Part shown: in pieces, positions 13,518-26,576 of the stretch
How positions within the stretch are numbered: position 1 is the stretch's first letter
Layout: every line of letters begins with the position of its first letter
Origin: Mobula hypostoma
Lineage: Eukaryota
NCBI RefSeq assembly: GCF_963921235.1
Contig: NC_086097.1
Coordinates: 58,468,001 to 58,528,000, forward strand
Direction: 5' to 3'
Length of the DNA: 60,000 nt
Position numbers and translations under genes: made by a program
The notes under the pieces: model-generated
What the model was told of the DNA's origin: nothing
The model's database searches: none
What the model saw: the letters and a program-made list of their open reading frames with translations, nothing else

Positions 13518-13746
13518 TGAGATAACAACTTCTTACTCAATGTCAGCAAGATCAAGGAGCTAATTATTGACTTCAGGTGGACGAAACCAGAGGTCCATGA
13601 GCCAGTCCTCATCAGAGGTGGAGAGGGTCAGCAACTTTAAACTCCTCAGTGTTATTACTTTGGAGAACCTGTCCTGGGCCTGGCGTGTAAGTGCAATTAC
13701 GAGGAAAGCTATCCAGTGCCTCTACTTCCTTAGGAATTTTTATATA

Positions 13747-15344
13747 CAAACCCCATTTCCAGAAAAGTTGGGATATTTTCCAAATGCAATAAAAACAAAA
13801 ATCTGTGATATGTTAATTCACGTGAACCTTTATTTAACTGACAAAAGTACAAAGATTTTCAATAGTTTTACTGACCAACTTAATTGTATTTTGTAAATAT
13901 ACACAAATTTAGAATTTGATGGCTGCAACACACTCAACAAAAGTTGGGACAGAGTTAAAATAAGATTGAAAAGTGCACAGAATATTCAAGTAACACCGGT
14001 TTGGAAGACTCCACATTAAGCAGGCTAATTGGTAGCAGGTGAGGTTTCATGACTGGGTATAAAAGTAACGTCCATCAAAGGCTCAGTCTTTGCAAGCAAG
14101 GATGGGTTGTGGCTCACCCCTTTGTGCCAAAATTTGTGAGAGAATTGTTAGTCAGTTCAAAAGGAACACTTATCAACGCAAGATTGCAGAGAATTTAGGT
14201 CTTTCAACATCTACAGTACATAATATTGTGAAAAGATTCAGAGAATTCAGAGACATCTCAGTGCGTAAAGGGCAAGGTCGGAAACCACTGTTGAATGTGC
14301 GTGATCTTCGAGACCTCAGGCGGCACTGCCTAAGAAACCGTCATGCTACTGTGACAATTATAGCCACCTGGGCTCAGGAGTACTTCGGAAAACCATTGTC
14401 ACTCAACACAGTCTGTCGCTGCATCCAGAAATGCTACTTGAAACTGTATTATGCAAGGAGGAAGCCATGCATCAACTCTATGCAGAAACGCCGGCGAGTT
14501 CTCTGGGCCCGAGCTCATCTCAGATGGACCGAAAGACTGTGGAACCGTGTGCTGTGGTTAGATGAGTCCACATTTCAGCTAGTTTTTGGAAAAAACGGGT
14601 GTCAAGTTCTCTGTGTCAAAGATGAAAACGACCATCCAGATTGTTATCAGTGAAAGGTGCAAAAGCCAGCATCTGTGATGGTATGGGGGCGCATCAGTGC
14701 CCACGGCATGGGTGAGTTGCGTGTATGTGAAGGTACCATCGACTCTGAGGCATATATTAGGATTTTAGAGAGACATGTGTTGCCATCAAGGCGATGTCTC
14801 TTCCCGGGACGTCCATGCTTATTTCACCAGGACAATGCCAGACCACATTCTGCACGGGCTACAACAGCGTGGCTTTGTAGACACGGAGTGTGTGTGCTTG
14901 ACTGGCCTGCTGCCAGTCCAGATCTATCTCCTATTGAAAATGTATGGCGCACCATGAAGAGGAGAATCAGACAACTGAGACCACGGACTGTTGAGCAGCT
15001 GAAGTCTTATATCAAGCAAGAATGGACAAAATTTCCAATTGCAAATCTATTACAATTAGTATCCTCAGTTCCAAAACGATTAAAAAGTGTTATTAAAAGG
15101 AAAGGTGATATAACACAATGGTAAACATGCCTCTGTCTCAACTTTTGTTGAGTGTGTTGCAGCCATCAGATTCTAAATTTGCGTATGTTTACAAAATACA
15201 ATTAAGTTGGTCAGTAAAACTATTGAAAATCTTTTCTTTGTACTTTTGTCAGTTAAATAAAGGTTCACGTGAATTAACATATCACAGATTTTTGTTTTTA
15301 TTGCATTTTGGAAAATATCCCAACTTTTCTGGAAATGGGGTTTG
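13747..15344 (+). mobile_element. Full-length Tc1 DNA transposon (1598 bp) with ~200-bp TIRs
   Basis: TA TSD both sides; TIR CAAACCCCATTTCCAGAAAAGTTGGGA... and its reverse complement at the right end. Confidence 0.95.
14102..15124 (+). pseudogene. Tc1 DD34E transposase, 340 codons, one in-frame stop at 14651-14653
   Basis: Paired-like HTH, GRKPLL, WLDESTF, FHQDNARPH, SPDLSPIENVW; 34 residues between second D and E; the two ORFs share a frame. Confidence 0.93.
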
Positions 15345-16039
15345 TAGATCCGGCATGACATCTAAAACTTTGACAGACTTCTATAGACGTGTGGTGCAGA
15401 GTACACAGCCTGGTATGGAAATAGCAATACCCTTGAACCAAAAATCCCACAAAAAGTAGTGGATATGGCCCAGTTCATCATGGATAAAGCCCTCCCACCA
15501 TAGAACACATCTACACAAAGTGTTGTCCCTGGAAAGTAGCATCCATCGTCAGGGACCCCCACCACCCAGGAGATGCTCGTTTCGTGCTGCTGCCATCAGG
15601 AAGTAGGAGCCTCAGGTCTCATACCATCAGGTTCAAGAGCAGTTATTACCCCTCAACCACAGGCTTATGAACGAAAGGGGATAACTTCACTCAACTTCAC
15701 TTGCCCCATCACTGAACTGTTCCAACAATCTATGGGCTCACTTTCAAAGATTCTTCATCTCACGTTCCTGATACTGATACCTATTATTATTATTATCATT
15801 ATTATTTATTATTATTTTTTTATACTTGAACAGTTTCTTGTCTTTTACACACTGATTGAATGCCCAAGTTGGTACAGTCTTTCACTGACTCTAATATGGT
15901 TATTATTTTATTATGGATTATTGAGTATCTCTACAAGAAAATGAATCACGGGGTTGTATATGGTGACATACACAGTATGTACTTTGATAATAAATTTACT
16001 TTGAACTTTGAAAGGAAACAGGAATGGGCAAGAAGCCAG

Positions 16040-16610
16040 AAGAAGGAGGTGGGAGAAGGGGAAGGAGTACAAGCTAGCAGGTGATAGATGAAGCCAGATG
16101 AGGGGCAAGATAGGTGAGTGGAGGAAAGGGGGAATGAAGTGAGAAGTTGCAAAGTGAAAGGTGGGAACGGTAAAGGGCTGAAGAAGAAGGAATCTGAGAG
16201 GAGTCTGGACCATGGGAGGAAGGGAAGGAGGAGAGATTACAGGGAGGTGAAACACAGGTAAAGAGAAGAGAAAGGGTAAGAGGGGAGCCAGAATAGAAGA
16301 ATGGAAAAGGGGAGGGGGAGAGGGAGGGGGAGAAATTATGAGAAGTCAGGGAAGTTGATGCCATCAGGTTGGAGGCTACCTAAGCAGATCATGTGTTGCT
16401 CCTCCAGCCTGGGAATGGCTTCATCACGGTTGTAAAAGAGGCCATTGACTGACATGTCAGAACAGGAATAAGGAGTGGAGTTAAAGTGGTTGGCCACTGG
16501 GAAAACCTGCCAATTGCAGATTGAGTGAAGGTGCTCAGTAAAGCAGTCCCCCAATCTACGATGTGTCACGCCAGTGTAGAGGAGACAGAACTGGGAGCAC
16601 CAGACGCAGC
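16040..16610 (-). mobile_element. Penelope 3' fragment (GIY-YIG C-terminus plus purine-rich tail)
   Basis: RRLGDCFTEHL...PVANHFNS...RLEEQH..LGSLQPDG, homologous to 46556-46945. Confidence 0.8.
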
Positions 16611-16614
16611 AAAG

Positions 16615-16960
16615 CAGTCCTCAGTCTATGTCAGGTCTATATTCTATGGTTGTAGGGGATTTGCAGCCCGTTCCTTAGTTAGAGCCTTCAACAATTTGGG
16701 CATCGAGGGAGAGAGGAAGAGGAGAGCCATCCGCAGTACCACCGATGCGGCAGAGAGTGCCTCAAGATGGCTGTGGCTCAAAAGAGGGGAGCTATGGAGT
16801 CATAAGTAGCTAGCCATCTGGACACAAGCTGGGGTCTTATCAGCCCCGACTGGGTCACCTGGAGGAGGTTGTATGATGTTGAAAGACACGAAACACCCGA
16901 TGATTCCAGGAACATCACTGAAGATGTGTCCAGAAGCATCAATAGATGTATGTACACAGC
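16615..16960 (+). mobile_element. HERO-like retrotransposon 3' end with structured 3' UTR
   Basis: GCRGFAARSL...AAESASRWLWLKR C-terminus, stop at 16809, followed by self-complementary UTR. Confidence 0.75.
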
Positions 16961-17187
16961 TACAGTTCAATACTAGACTTAAATTGCCTGACTAATAATG
17001 CTTGTTACAAAGTTGTTGGTGAGTTTAAACTTTTCCCCATCTGCTCTGAATGGTAGGAGTTTGGCATAGAGAGCCAGTGCCAATACATGATATTAATATA
17101 TTTGTATTTATAGATCCAGCTACAGATAGTAACTTTACATCACTTGGAACACTGCACTGTGTTAAATTACATTTGTCATCTGTTTAG

Positions 17188-17272
17188 GTTAAAGCTGTCC
17201 AATGAGGAAATAAAGCGGGCTATTTTAACAATGGATGAGCAAGAAGATTTACCGAAAGACATGCTTGAACAG
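17188..17272 (+). CDS. DAAM1: DAAM1 formin, FH2 exon (first exon found in window)
   Basis: tttag|G...CAG|gtaatg; encodes (R)[28 protein letters not shown]. Confidence 0.95.
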
Positions 17273-18756
17273 GTAATGTCACTGGTTGTTACAAGCTTCC
17301 TCTATTAATGATGTGTGTGTTTGTGGTGGGGTGGGAGGGGAGGGAGGATGTGGTTGATGGTTAAGTGGAAAAGGGTACAGGTTCCACAGTACCTTTTGGA
17401 AAATGTCCAGCACAGTACATCAGCTGCAGTAGTTACAAGGAGTGACAGTCCCTGATGGAAGTACATGTCTCCACTTTGAACTTTGCCTGTGAGATAACCA
17501 AAATCTTGGCTATAAACTCAAGTATAGCTTCCCATTTAGAATGTCTAACCTATGTTATTTAAATGACATTATTTATTCTTGTCAAATGTGCCAGTTAAAT
17601 AGGCACTCTAGTGACAGAGGAGGTCTGAGATAGGGCGTTGTGTGGTGAGTGATTTGCCTTCTGATTCTGTTGCCTGGAAGGTACAAGTCAAATTATGACT
17701 GTGAATTATGGAGGATAGCATGTGTATAAATGTCTCGCTCCAGCAGACCTCATCATGATCATCATAGCTCCAGTATTTCTACTATTCTTTAATATCTCTT
17801 AATTGTATTTTTTTTTCGTGTTCTATCGCTGAGCAGCAGTGAACCATCTGGTTGGCCTATCAGAGTTCTCTTTGAGAACTAGTTGACTTGATCAGCATTT
17901 CTGATCTGGCTATTGTTCACGATTGCACTTAATTAAAAAAAAAAGTCAGTTGTATGATGCAGTGCTCTCCACTTACAATCGTGCTCTTACTTGATTTGCT
18001 TTAGTTGGCATGAATGAGTTTGCAGATAACGTGGAAATCAGCCAGGTGATTATAATAGTAAAGGAAGTTGCAAACTGCAGGAAAATACCAGCAGATAAAC
18101 AATATTAGTGAATTAAATTCAGTCTGGCGTTGTGAAATAAGGCTTGTAAGAGCTAGGCAAACTGGTTAAGGAAATGCACAATAAATGATAGGGTTGTGAG
18201 AAACAGTAGATACATGTCTGCAGGTCACTGAAGGTAGAATGCTATGTAATATGGTAGATTAGGAAATGCAGAAATACTTTAATGTTTAAACTCAAGAATA
18301 GAAGTAGTATGGAAGCCATGCTAAAATTGAACATAACACTGGCAACTGCTGGAATACTGTGATGGTACCAGAGAGTATGCAGACAAGAAGAATTAGGATT
18401 AGAATTTGTCTGGAAAGATTGGTTGGATTGCATTCTTTGAAAGCGTAGGCTGATTTAATGCATGTTAATTTTGAGGACCAGTTTGAGTGAGTTTGAAGGT
18501 TTTTCTCCCCTTGGACGAGGAAGCATAGATGTATGATGACTGGGAATATGCTTTCTGCAAAAGTGAAGAAATGGGCCAACCTGTGACTAATATGATTTAG
18601 AGCTGCCATGTGTTGCATTTTAGAAAGGAAAGTGAGAGACAGTATGAGCCTCAATGCACCAATTTGTATAGGGGTTGCAAGAATACAGTGATTGGAGGCC
18701 AAATATTCTTGGTGTGTATGCTGTTCATTACAAGGAGAGTGGGGCACAAAAGTAGT

Positions 18757-19565
18757 ACTGGTTGAGTACCTCTTGTCTGAAATTCCCAAATCCGGAAACC
18801 TCGGAAATTCAAATTTTTTTGAGTGCTGACATGATATCACAAGTGGAAAATTCCACAAGACGCTTGGAAGGTTCCCAGGCGATGCGCAGGTGTATGTGCA
18901 CTACAGACAGTTCTGAGAGTGACCTCAGTGAGCAGAAGTTAATGAAAAATAGAAAAACATTGCATAAAGCGAAAAATGATTATCCCGATTGTGTATTGTC
19001 AGCGCTGAAGTGAACGTATGCCTCTTAACGGAATTGATCATGAAACAAGCAAAAATCTATCTAACATTGAAGGTAATTGTGAATATTCAGTAGGCTGGTC
19101 ACAGAAATTTGAGAAAAGGCGTGGCATTAAGTTTTGAAAGCGTCTGCTGATCATGATGATCTAGTGCCAGAGCACGTCTGCAATCCTGATTGTGTTTATA
19201 CTTTGCATATAACCTAAAAATACAAATGAATTGTACTATTTGTAACGTTTCAACCAAAACATGGCATTGTAGGTGGAGACTGAAAACCTGCCATTGTTTG
19301 TTTGTCAACAGCTAATTCAGGTATTCTCCCAATGTCACTGTGGTGCTTTTGTTACCCTGCATTCATTATATTAATGGTATGTAATAATTTTTACTGTTAA
19401 GTATGTGTTACCACAAGTGTAAGACAAAGACTGCTTACCGGTAACACACAAATTCAGTCAGAAATGCTGGTGATCCCAAGCAATCTCATTGTATATTCCA
19501 AAATCTGAAAAAATCCAAAACATTCCTGGCCCCAAGCATTTCAGATCAGTGGTATTCTACCTGCA
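18757..19565 (+). mobile_element. Tigger/pogo-like non-autonomous element, decayed
   Basis: Imperfect TIRs (GGTTGAGTACC.CTTGTCTGAAAT / ATTTCAGATCAGTGGTATTCTACC); transposase remnant RKTLHKAKND; ends approximate. Confidence 0.6.
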
Positions 19566-20561
19566 TAGTGCTTTCGTGATACTGCACCTGGAGTACTGTA
19601 AACAGTTTTGGTTTTGTTACTGACAATGGATGTGTTGACATTGGAGGCATTTCAGTCAAGATGCACTAAGTTGATCCTTCAGGTAAAGGGTTTATCTTAT
19701 GGGGAGTGATGAAGCAGGCTGGACCTCACAAATATATTTGTGGTTTGTTTTATTGTTGTGATAGCTTTATAAGGTAGTTATTTTCCTGCTTCATTGTTCT
19801 GATCAATCCATTTACATCCTGTAAATCCTTTGCTTGGATTATGAATGAACTTGGGAAAAAATCTCAGATTCTGGTCTGACCCCCCCCCCCCCCCCCCGGC
19901 TGTGTGTATGTCCATGACAGTCACTGCATTTGGCATTAGCGTAGAATGCTATATTGGGCAGCAGGACATACTTGCAAGAAGGTGTTGTAATGACCGATTG
20001 GAAAGTGAAATGCAAGATAACTTGTTGCTGCCACCTCCTCTCCATTGTTAAATCAATTTTTATGCTCCGGTATGTTCTGTGCTTTGTGGCCATATGTTCC
20101 TGTAATTGACCTACTCTTAAGTTTCTGTAATTAAGCTGAAGATCAGGAAGTGCACACCAGCTGGGTTTTGCTGTAAAGGAAATGGTAGGTAGTGTGTTGC
20201 CTATCAGCAGTTTGATTTCAGGGAAATGTTCCATTGTGTACTATAATGGAAATGGAAATCAGTCAGTTTTGCAAACATGCATGTTTTAGAATTTTAATTA
20301 GTACAGGTGGATTGTGGGTCCATTCAGGAATTTAACCATGAATTCCAGCAGTTACAAATAGTGCATCTAACCTTTTTTTCTGTAATGATGTTTCTTTAAA
20401 ATGAAGGGAATGACTAAAATACATTGAAAACTACTATAATGAAGCTTTAGCAATACTGAAATTAACCTGAGCTGAAAGCCAGTAGTACCAATTGCTAATG
20501 CTAAATGCCTTTATTGAAGAACCGGGGGGGAAAATCTGGAGCTACCATTCTTTTGTTTATA

Positions 20562-21363
20562 TAAGGTGCACATTCCTTTATCCGAAATTCTGAAATCCAA
20601 AAAGCTTTGAAAACCGAAGTTTTTTTTGCATGTTTTTTGTGACATGGCAGCACTAGCAGAGGTCACCAGACGTCAATTATGGCTCAGCGCTCATACTGGT
20701 TACATTTGCATTTGCTGTTCGCTGATATTTTGCGTTCACTGTTGACTTTGTGTTTAATTTCACTGTGAAAATGTCTAAAAGAGTTGCAGATACCCCTATG
20801 GGTAACAATGAGAAAAAGAGAAGGAAGCATCTATCATTATCAATAACGCAGAAAGTGGAGTTATTGCAGAAGCTTGATTGTGGTATGTCTGTGTGGTGTC
20901 TTACTGAAGGAAGTAGTGTCAGAACTACCACTGTATATGATTTAAATAGACAGAAAGACAAGTTAGTGAAGTTTTATAGTGACAGTGACGTTCTACATTT
21001 ATTCCAATAGGTCATTTACCATGTGTTTGATTTGGTTCATTTGAAGCTGTACATTTTTATGTTTTATTGAATGTTTTTGTTGGAAATAAAATTTCTTCTT
21101 GTCATTATTCCCTAAACAATACAGTATAACAACTATTTACATAGCATTTACATTGTATTGGGTATTATAAGTAGTCTAGAGATGATTTAAAGTATATGGG
21201 AGGATGTGCGTAGGTTTGGTGCGCCGCTGGGTCCTAAACTCCACTGCACTGAGACAGGTTAAATGGCGGGGGGGGGGGGGCGGGGGGTCTGAAATCTGAA
21301 AAATTCTGCATTCCGAAATGCAACCGGCCCCAAGGATTTCAGATAAGGGATTGTGGACCTGTA
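20562..21363 (+). mobile_element. Tigger/pogo-like internally deleted transposon
   Basis: TIRs AGGTGCACATTCCTTTATCCGAAAT / ATTTCAGATAAGGGATTGTGGACCTG; ORF 20771-21010 KRRKHLSLSITQKVELLQKLD...TTVYDL = CENP-B/psq-type HTH. Confidence 0.8.
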
Positions 21364-22559
21364 TTGGAAAAAGAATGATTTTTGTGTTTGTCTTTGAATT
21401 TTTTCTTGTATTGTTTAGTTTAAACTAGTTAAGTAACATCAAATCACGTAGTTAGAAATGTGTTCATTTGAAGTTTATTTAGAAATTCATGAGTATTTAC
21501 TTGAATACTGTTTACATATTTGGTAGCAGGTTAGTAATAATTTAAAAAAATTGTATTTTTTTTTACCTGAAACACTGGACTTCTATAATGATTTTACATG
21601 TTTTGTAATAATTTTTTTGTCTTTTTACATGACGTTTCCAATTTGAAAGTCCGTAAAGCTTTTCTGTTTAGGCTTAGGGTGAAGAAGCTCACTTGTTATT
21701 TTATAGGAATCTCCTTGCACCTTAATCACTTCTTTCATCAATTCGGCTCCATGCTGCCTCATCTGACTGCCATTAGTGAACTGAGTAGACACAGCTGGTT
21801 ACAGTTTAAAATGTGAATGAAATAAAAGAGTTCTTTCAAAGTTGCATGATTGGGAGCTTTGTAATGTCGTCCAGATCAAGGGTGTTTGTTCCTTTAGATG
21901 AAGGGAAGACGTTCAGAAGCACAAGTCACTACTGACTGTTCCTAATTACCTCAACCAAGATGTCAGTTTGATGGGGAGAGAAGAGAGTTTTACATTTGCT
22001 TTAGGTAGAAAGTTGCTGTAACATACCTGTTATACTGGAAAATTATTGATGTTTAGACCATTAGGTTCATAAATCCAGGATAAATTATTGAAGCAGCTGT
22101 CGAAAAATAAGCAGTAGAAAGGGCTTGCTACAATTTCAGGTCAAAGGAGCAAATATGACTTTTGAAATAATACAATTATTAAATTTTTCTCAATTTACAT
22201 AGATAAAAAACTGTACTGAGTTGCTAACACCATAATCTTGACACCATATTTAAATACTTAAACTAGCGGAATGCATAAATGAAGTTGTGAGCAAGTATTA
22301 CAGTTGGTGGTACAGCCTCAGTTTATTGGAAATGAATAAATTTCATCCAAAAAAACTTTTCATAGCTGAGCTTGAAGAATTTATCGAGGTTTGGTTTTAA
22401 AGATATCAAGATGAATTTGGCATTGAAAAGCCTAGAGTATATAACAACATAAGGCTTCACAGCTGAGCCTGAAAAAGTTAGCAACATTTTATAGATACTG
22501 AAAAGGGTTGAAGAAGCTCCTTATTACCTTAGTCTTAAAGGAGCACCCCTTTATTTTAA

Positions 22560-23153
<594 letters not shown>

Positions 23154-23639
23154 TAAGTCCATCAAAACTCTGATGTGAGCACCCCGAGCAAACCAGTTTG
23201 GTGCTGCAGCCCTTTTATCTTACATGCTATCAAGCCACATGTTTTTGTGTGGAAATTCCTCAAGTAGGGTGTTTCCATCAGGAACAAATTATGCAAAAAA
23301 GGGAACTGAACTGGCAGGCAGTTTCATGGAACCTGTGGACTTGTTTTGGAGATGTGCCAGCTAAGGAAAATGACCAAAGACATTGTGTGTTAAAACAATT
23401 TTTTTCTTTACACAAATCGAAACTTCCTTAAACACAAAGGATTTTTTTCATCTTCAGTTTTGCTTTTGATATCAAATTATAATTTCAAACATATTGATTT
23501 TTTTTATATACTTATAATTGTAACAGCTTAAAAATTTCTAGATTGTACATGTTTTTGTTGTGTTTCCGTGCCATAATTTGATTTATGCTTTGAATACCAC
23601 TAATTTTAAAACAGTTAAAATGGGTTTAATTAATCCAAG

Positions 23640-26415
23640 ATGATTGCGGTGGTGATGACTCTCTGGTGAATAAAATTGATGATGTCAGAGCTAGGGTGCT
23701 GAATCAGAGGGACATTAGGACCATGTGTGTCCTTTGTTTCACAGAATCCTAGTTAACCCCTTCCGTATCGGATGCAGCGACTGGGATCGACGGGTTTACT
23801 ATGCACCGTCAGGATAGATCTATAGAATCTCTCAAAAGTAGAGGTGAAGGAGTATGCCTCATGATCAATTCCTCTTGGTGCACAAGTATATCAGTGCTGT
23901 CCCAATTCTGCACACCGGGCCTGGAATATCTAGCAGTTAAGTGTTGTCCCTTTTACCTACCATAGGAGTTCTCCAGGGTCATTTTGGTAGCAGTATACAT
24001 TCCACCTCAGGCCAATGTCAATCAGGCTTTAGATGATCTGAGCAATGGAATTAACATGCACGAAACAGCGCATCCTAACGCCTTGTTTTGGGAGATCTTA
24101 ACCAGGCCAGTCTGAAAAAAATCACTAAGCAATTACCATCAACAGATCACTTGAAATGCCAGAGGAAACAACACACTGGACCATTGGTGCACCACCATCA
24201 AGAATGGCTACCATACTATTCCATGCCCTCATTTAGGGAAGTCTGATCACCTGGCTGTACTTCTACTCCCTGAGTATAGGCAGAGACTGAAGACTGCAGC
24301 ACCACTAGTGAGGACCAACAAGGTATGGACAAGGGAAGCACAGGAGCACCTACCGTATGCAGGGATTCATCTTGGAACCTGGAGGAGTGTGCTGCAGTTG
24401 TTACCGACTTCATTAAAACCTGTGTAGTTGAGTGTGCGCCTACAAAGACTTACCATACATTCCCAAATCAAAAGCCGTGGATGAACCAGGAGGTACATCG
24501 TCTGCTGAAGGCTAGATCTGTGGCATTCAAGTCCGGCAACCCAGGCCGTACCAGAAAACCAGGTATGATTTGTGGAGGGCTATTTCAAGGGTGAAGAGAC
24601 AATTTCAAATGAGGTTGGAGGCGACATCGGATGCACAGCAACTCTGGCAGGGTTTGCAAGACATTACTTCTTACAAAGCGAAACCCAATAGCATGAATGG
24701 CAGCGATGCTTCACTACCAGATGAACTCAACACCTTCTATGCTCACTTTGAAAGGGAGAACACAGCTACAGCTGTGAGGATCCCTGCTGCACCTGATGAC
24801 CCTGTGATCTCTGTCTCAGAGGCCGATGTTAGACTGTCTTTAAAGAGAGTGTACCCTGGCAAGGTGGAAGATCCAGATGGAGTACCTGGTAAGGCTCTGA
24901 AAACTTGTGCCAACGTACTAGCGGGAGTATTCGAGGACATTTTCAACCTCTCATTGTTACGGGCGGAAGTTCCCACTTGCTTCAAAAATGCAACAATTAT
25001 ACCAGTGCCTAAGAAGAATAATATGAGCTGCCTTAATGACTTGACTTGACTATCGCCCGGTAGCACTCACATCTACAGTGATGAAATGCTTTGAGAGGTT
25101 GGTCATGACTAGACTGAACTTCTGCTTCAACAAGGACCTGGACCCATTGTAATTTACTTATTGCCACAATAGGTCAACGGCAGAGGCAATCTCAATGGCT
25201 CTTCACATGGCCTTAGACCACTCGGACAACACAAACACCGATGCCAGGATGCTGTTCAGCGACTATAGCTCAGCATTTAATACCATCATTCCCACAATCC
25301 TGTTGGAAAAGTTGCAGAAACTGGGCCTCTGTACTTCTCTCTGTAATTGGATCTTCGACTTCCTAACTGGAAGACCACAATCTGTGCGGATTGGTGATCG
25401 CTGACGGTCAACACTGGCGCACCTCACGGGTGTCTGCTTAGCCCACTGCTCTACTCTCCATATACACATGACAGTGTGACTAGGCATAGCTTAAATACCA
25501 TCTATAAATTTGCTGATGATGCAACCATTTTTGGTAGAATCTCAGGTGGTGACGAGAAAGACGTACAGGAGAGAGATATGCCAACTAGTGGAGTTGTGCT
25601 GCAACATCAACCTTACACTTAACGTCAGTAAGATGAAAGAGCTGATTGTGGACTTCAGGAAAGGTAAGACGAAGGAACACGTACCAATCCTCATAGAGGG
25701 AACAGAAGTGGAGAGAGTGAACAGTTTCAAGTTCCTGGGTGTCAAGATCTCTGAGGATCTAACCTGGTCTCAACATATTAATGTATTTATAAAGAAGGCA
25801 AGACAGTGGCTATACTTCATTTAGGAGTTTGAAGAGATTTGGTATGTCAACAATACACTCAAAAACTTCTATAGATTTACCGTGTAGAGCATTCTGACAG
25901 GCTTCATCACTATCTGGTATTTGGGTGCTACTGCACAGGACCGAAAGAAGCTGCAGAGGGTTGTAAATCTAGTCAGCTCCATCTTGGGCACTAGCCTACA
26001 AAGTACCCAGGACATCTTCTGGGAGCGGTGTCTCAGAAAGGCAGCGTCCATTATTAAGGACCTCCAGCACCCAGGGCATGCCCTTTTCTCACTGTTACCG
26101 TCAGGCAGGAGGTACAGAAGCCTGAAGACACACACTCAGTGATTGAGGAACAGCTTCTTTGCCTCCGCCATCCCATTCCTAAGTGGATATTGAAGCTTTG
26201 GACACTACATCACTTTTTTTAATATACAGTATTTCTGTTCATTGTACATTTTAATCTATTCAATATACATATACTGTAATTTATTTATTATTATTATTAT
26301 TTTTATTTTTTTTTTCTCTTCTATATTATGTATTGCATTGAACTACTGCTGCTAAGTTAACAAATTTCACATCACATGCCGGTGATAATAAACCTGATTC
26401 TGATATTGATTCTGA
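23640..26415 (+). mobile_element. Near full-length, disrupted Rex1/Babar LINE (APE + RT)
   Basis: [63 protein letters not shown]; tail AATAAACCTGATTCTGA. Confidence 0.88.
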
Positions 26416-26576
26416 AACTTCATTTTGCAATAAGGTCAATAACAGATCAATCACTATTTATATGCTCTGTCCCAATTGTCCTTTCCATTCAAGTAAAGAG
26501 AAGGGGAAATTATGTAGGGTATAATATGGGTGGGGTAGATAGTCTATCTTTTATCCACCTTGTTTTAGAAGTTATA

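Larger units (their letters stand above)
13520..16012 (+). mobile_element. Rex-Babar LINE 3' part, split by the Tc1 insertion
   Basis: LNVSKIKELII, VERVSNFKLL before 13745; continues after 15346; tail AATAAATTTACTTTGAACTTTGAA. Confidence 0.7.

Noticed and set aside
16870..16900. Hammerhead in the HERO 3' UTR (ATGATG...CGAAAC)
   Set aside because: It lacks a proper CUGANGA box and matching stems in this copy; reported only as a structured RNA
1..17187. Upstream DAAM1 exons (FH1 and the start of FH2, expected ...VIDGRRAQNCNILLSR)
   Set aside because: Not found by eye or in the ORF track; probably upstream of the window, though a very short exon could have been missed
20750..21010. Domesticated TIGD/JRK-like gene
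   Set aside because: Only the N-terminal HTH remains, bounded by TIRs; no DDE domain
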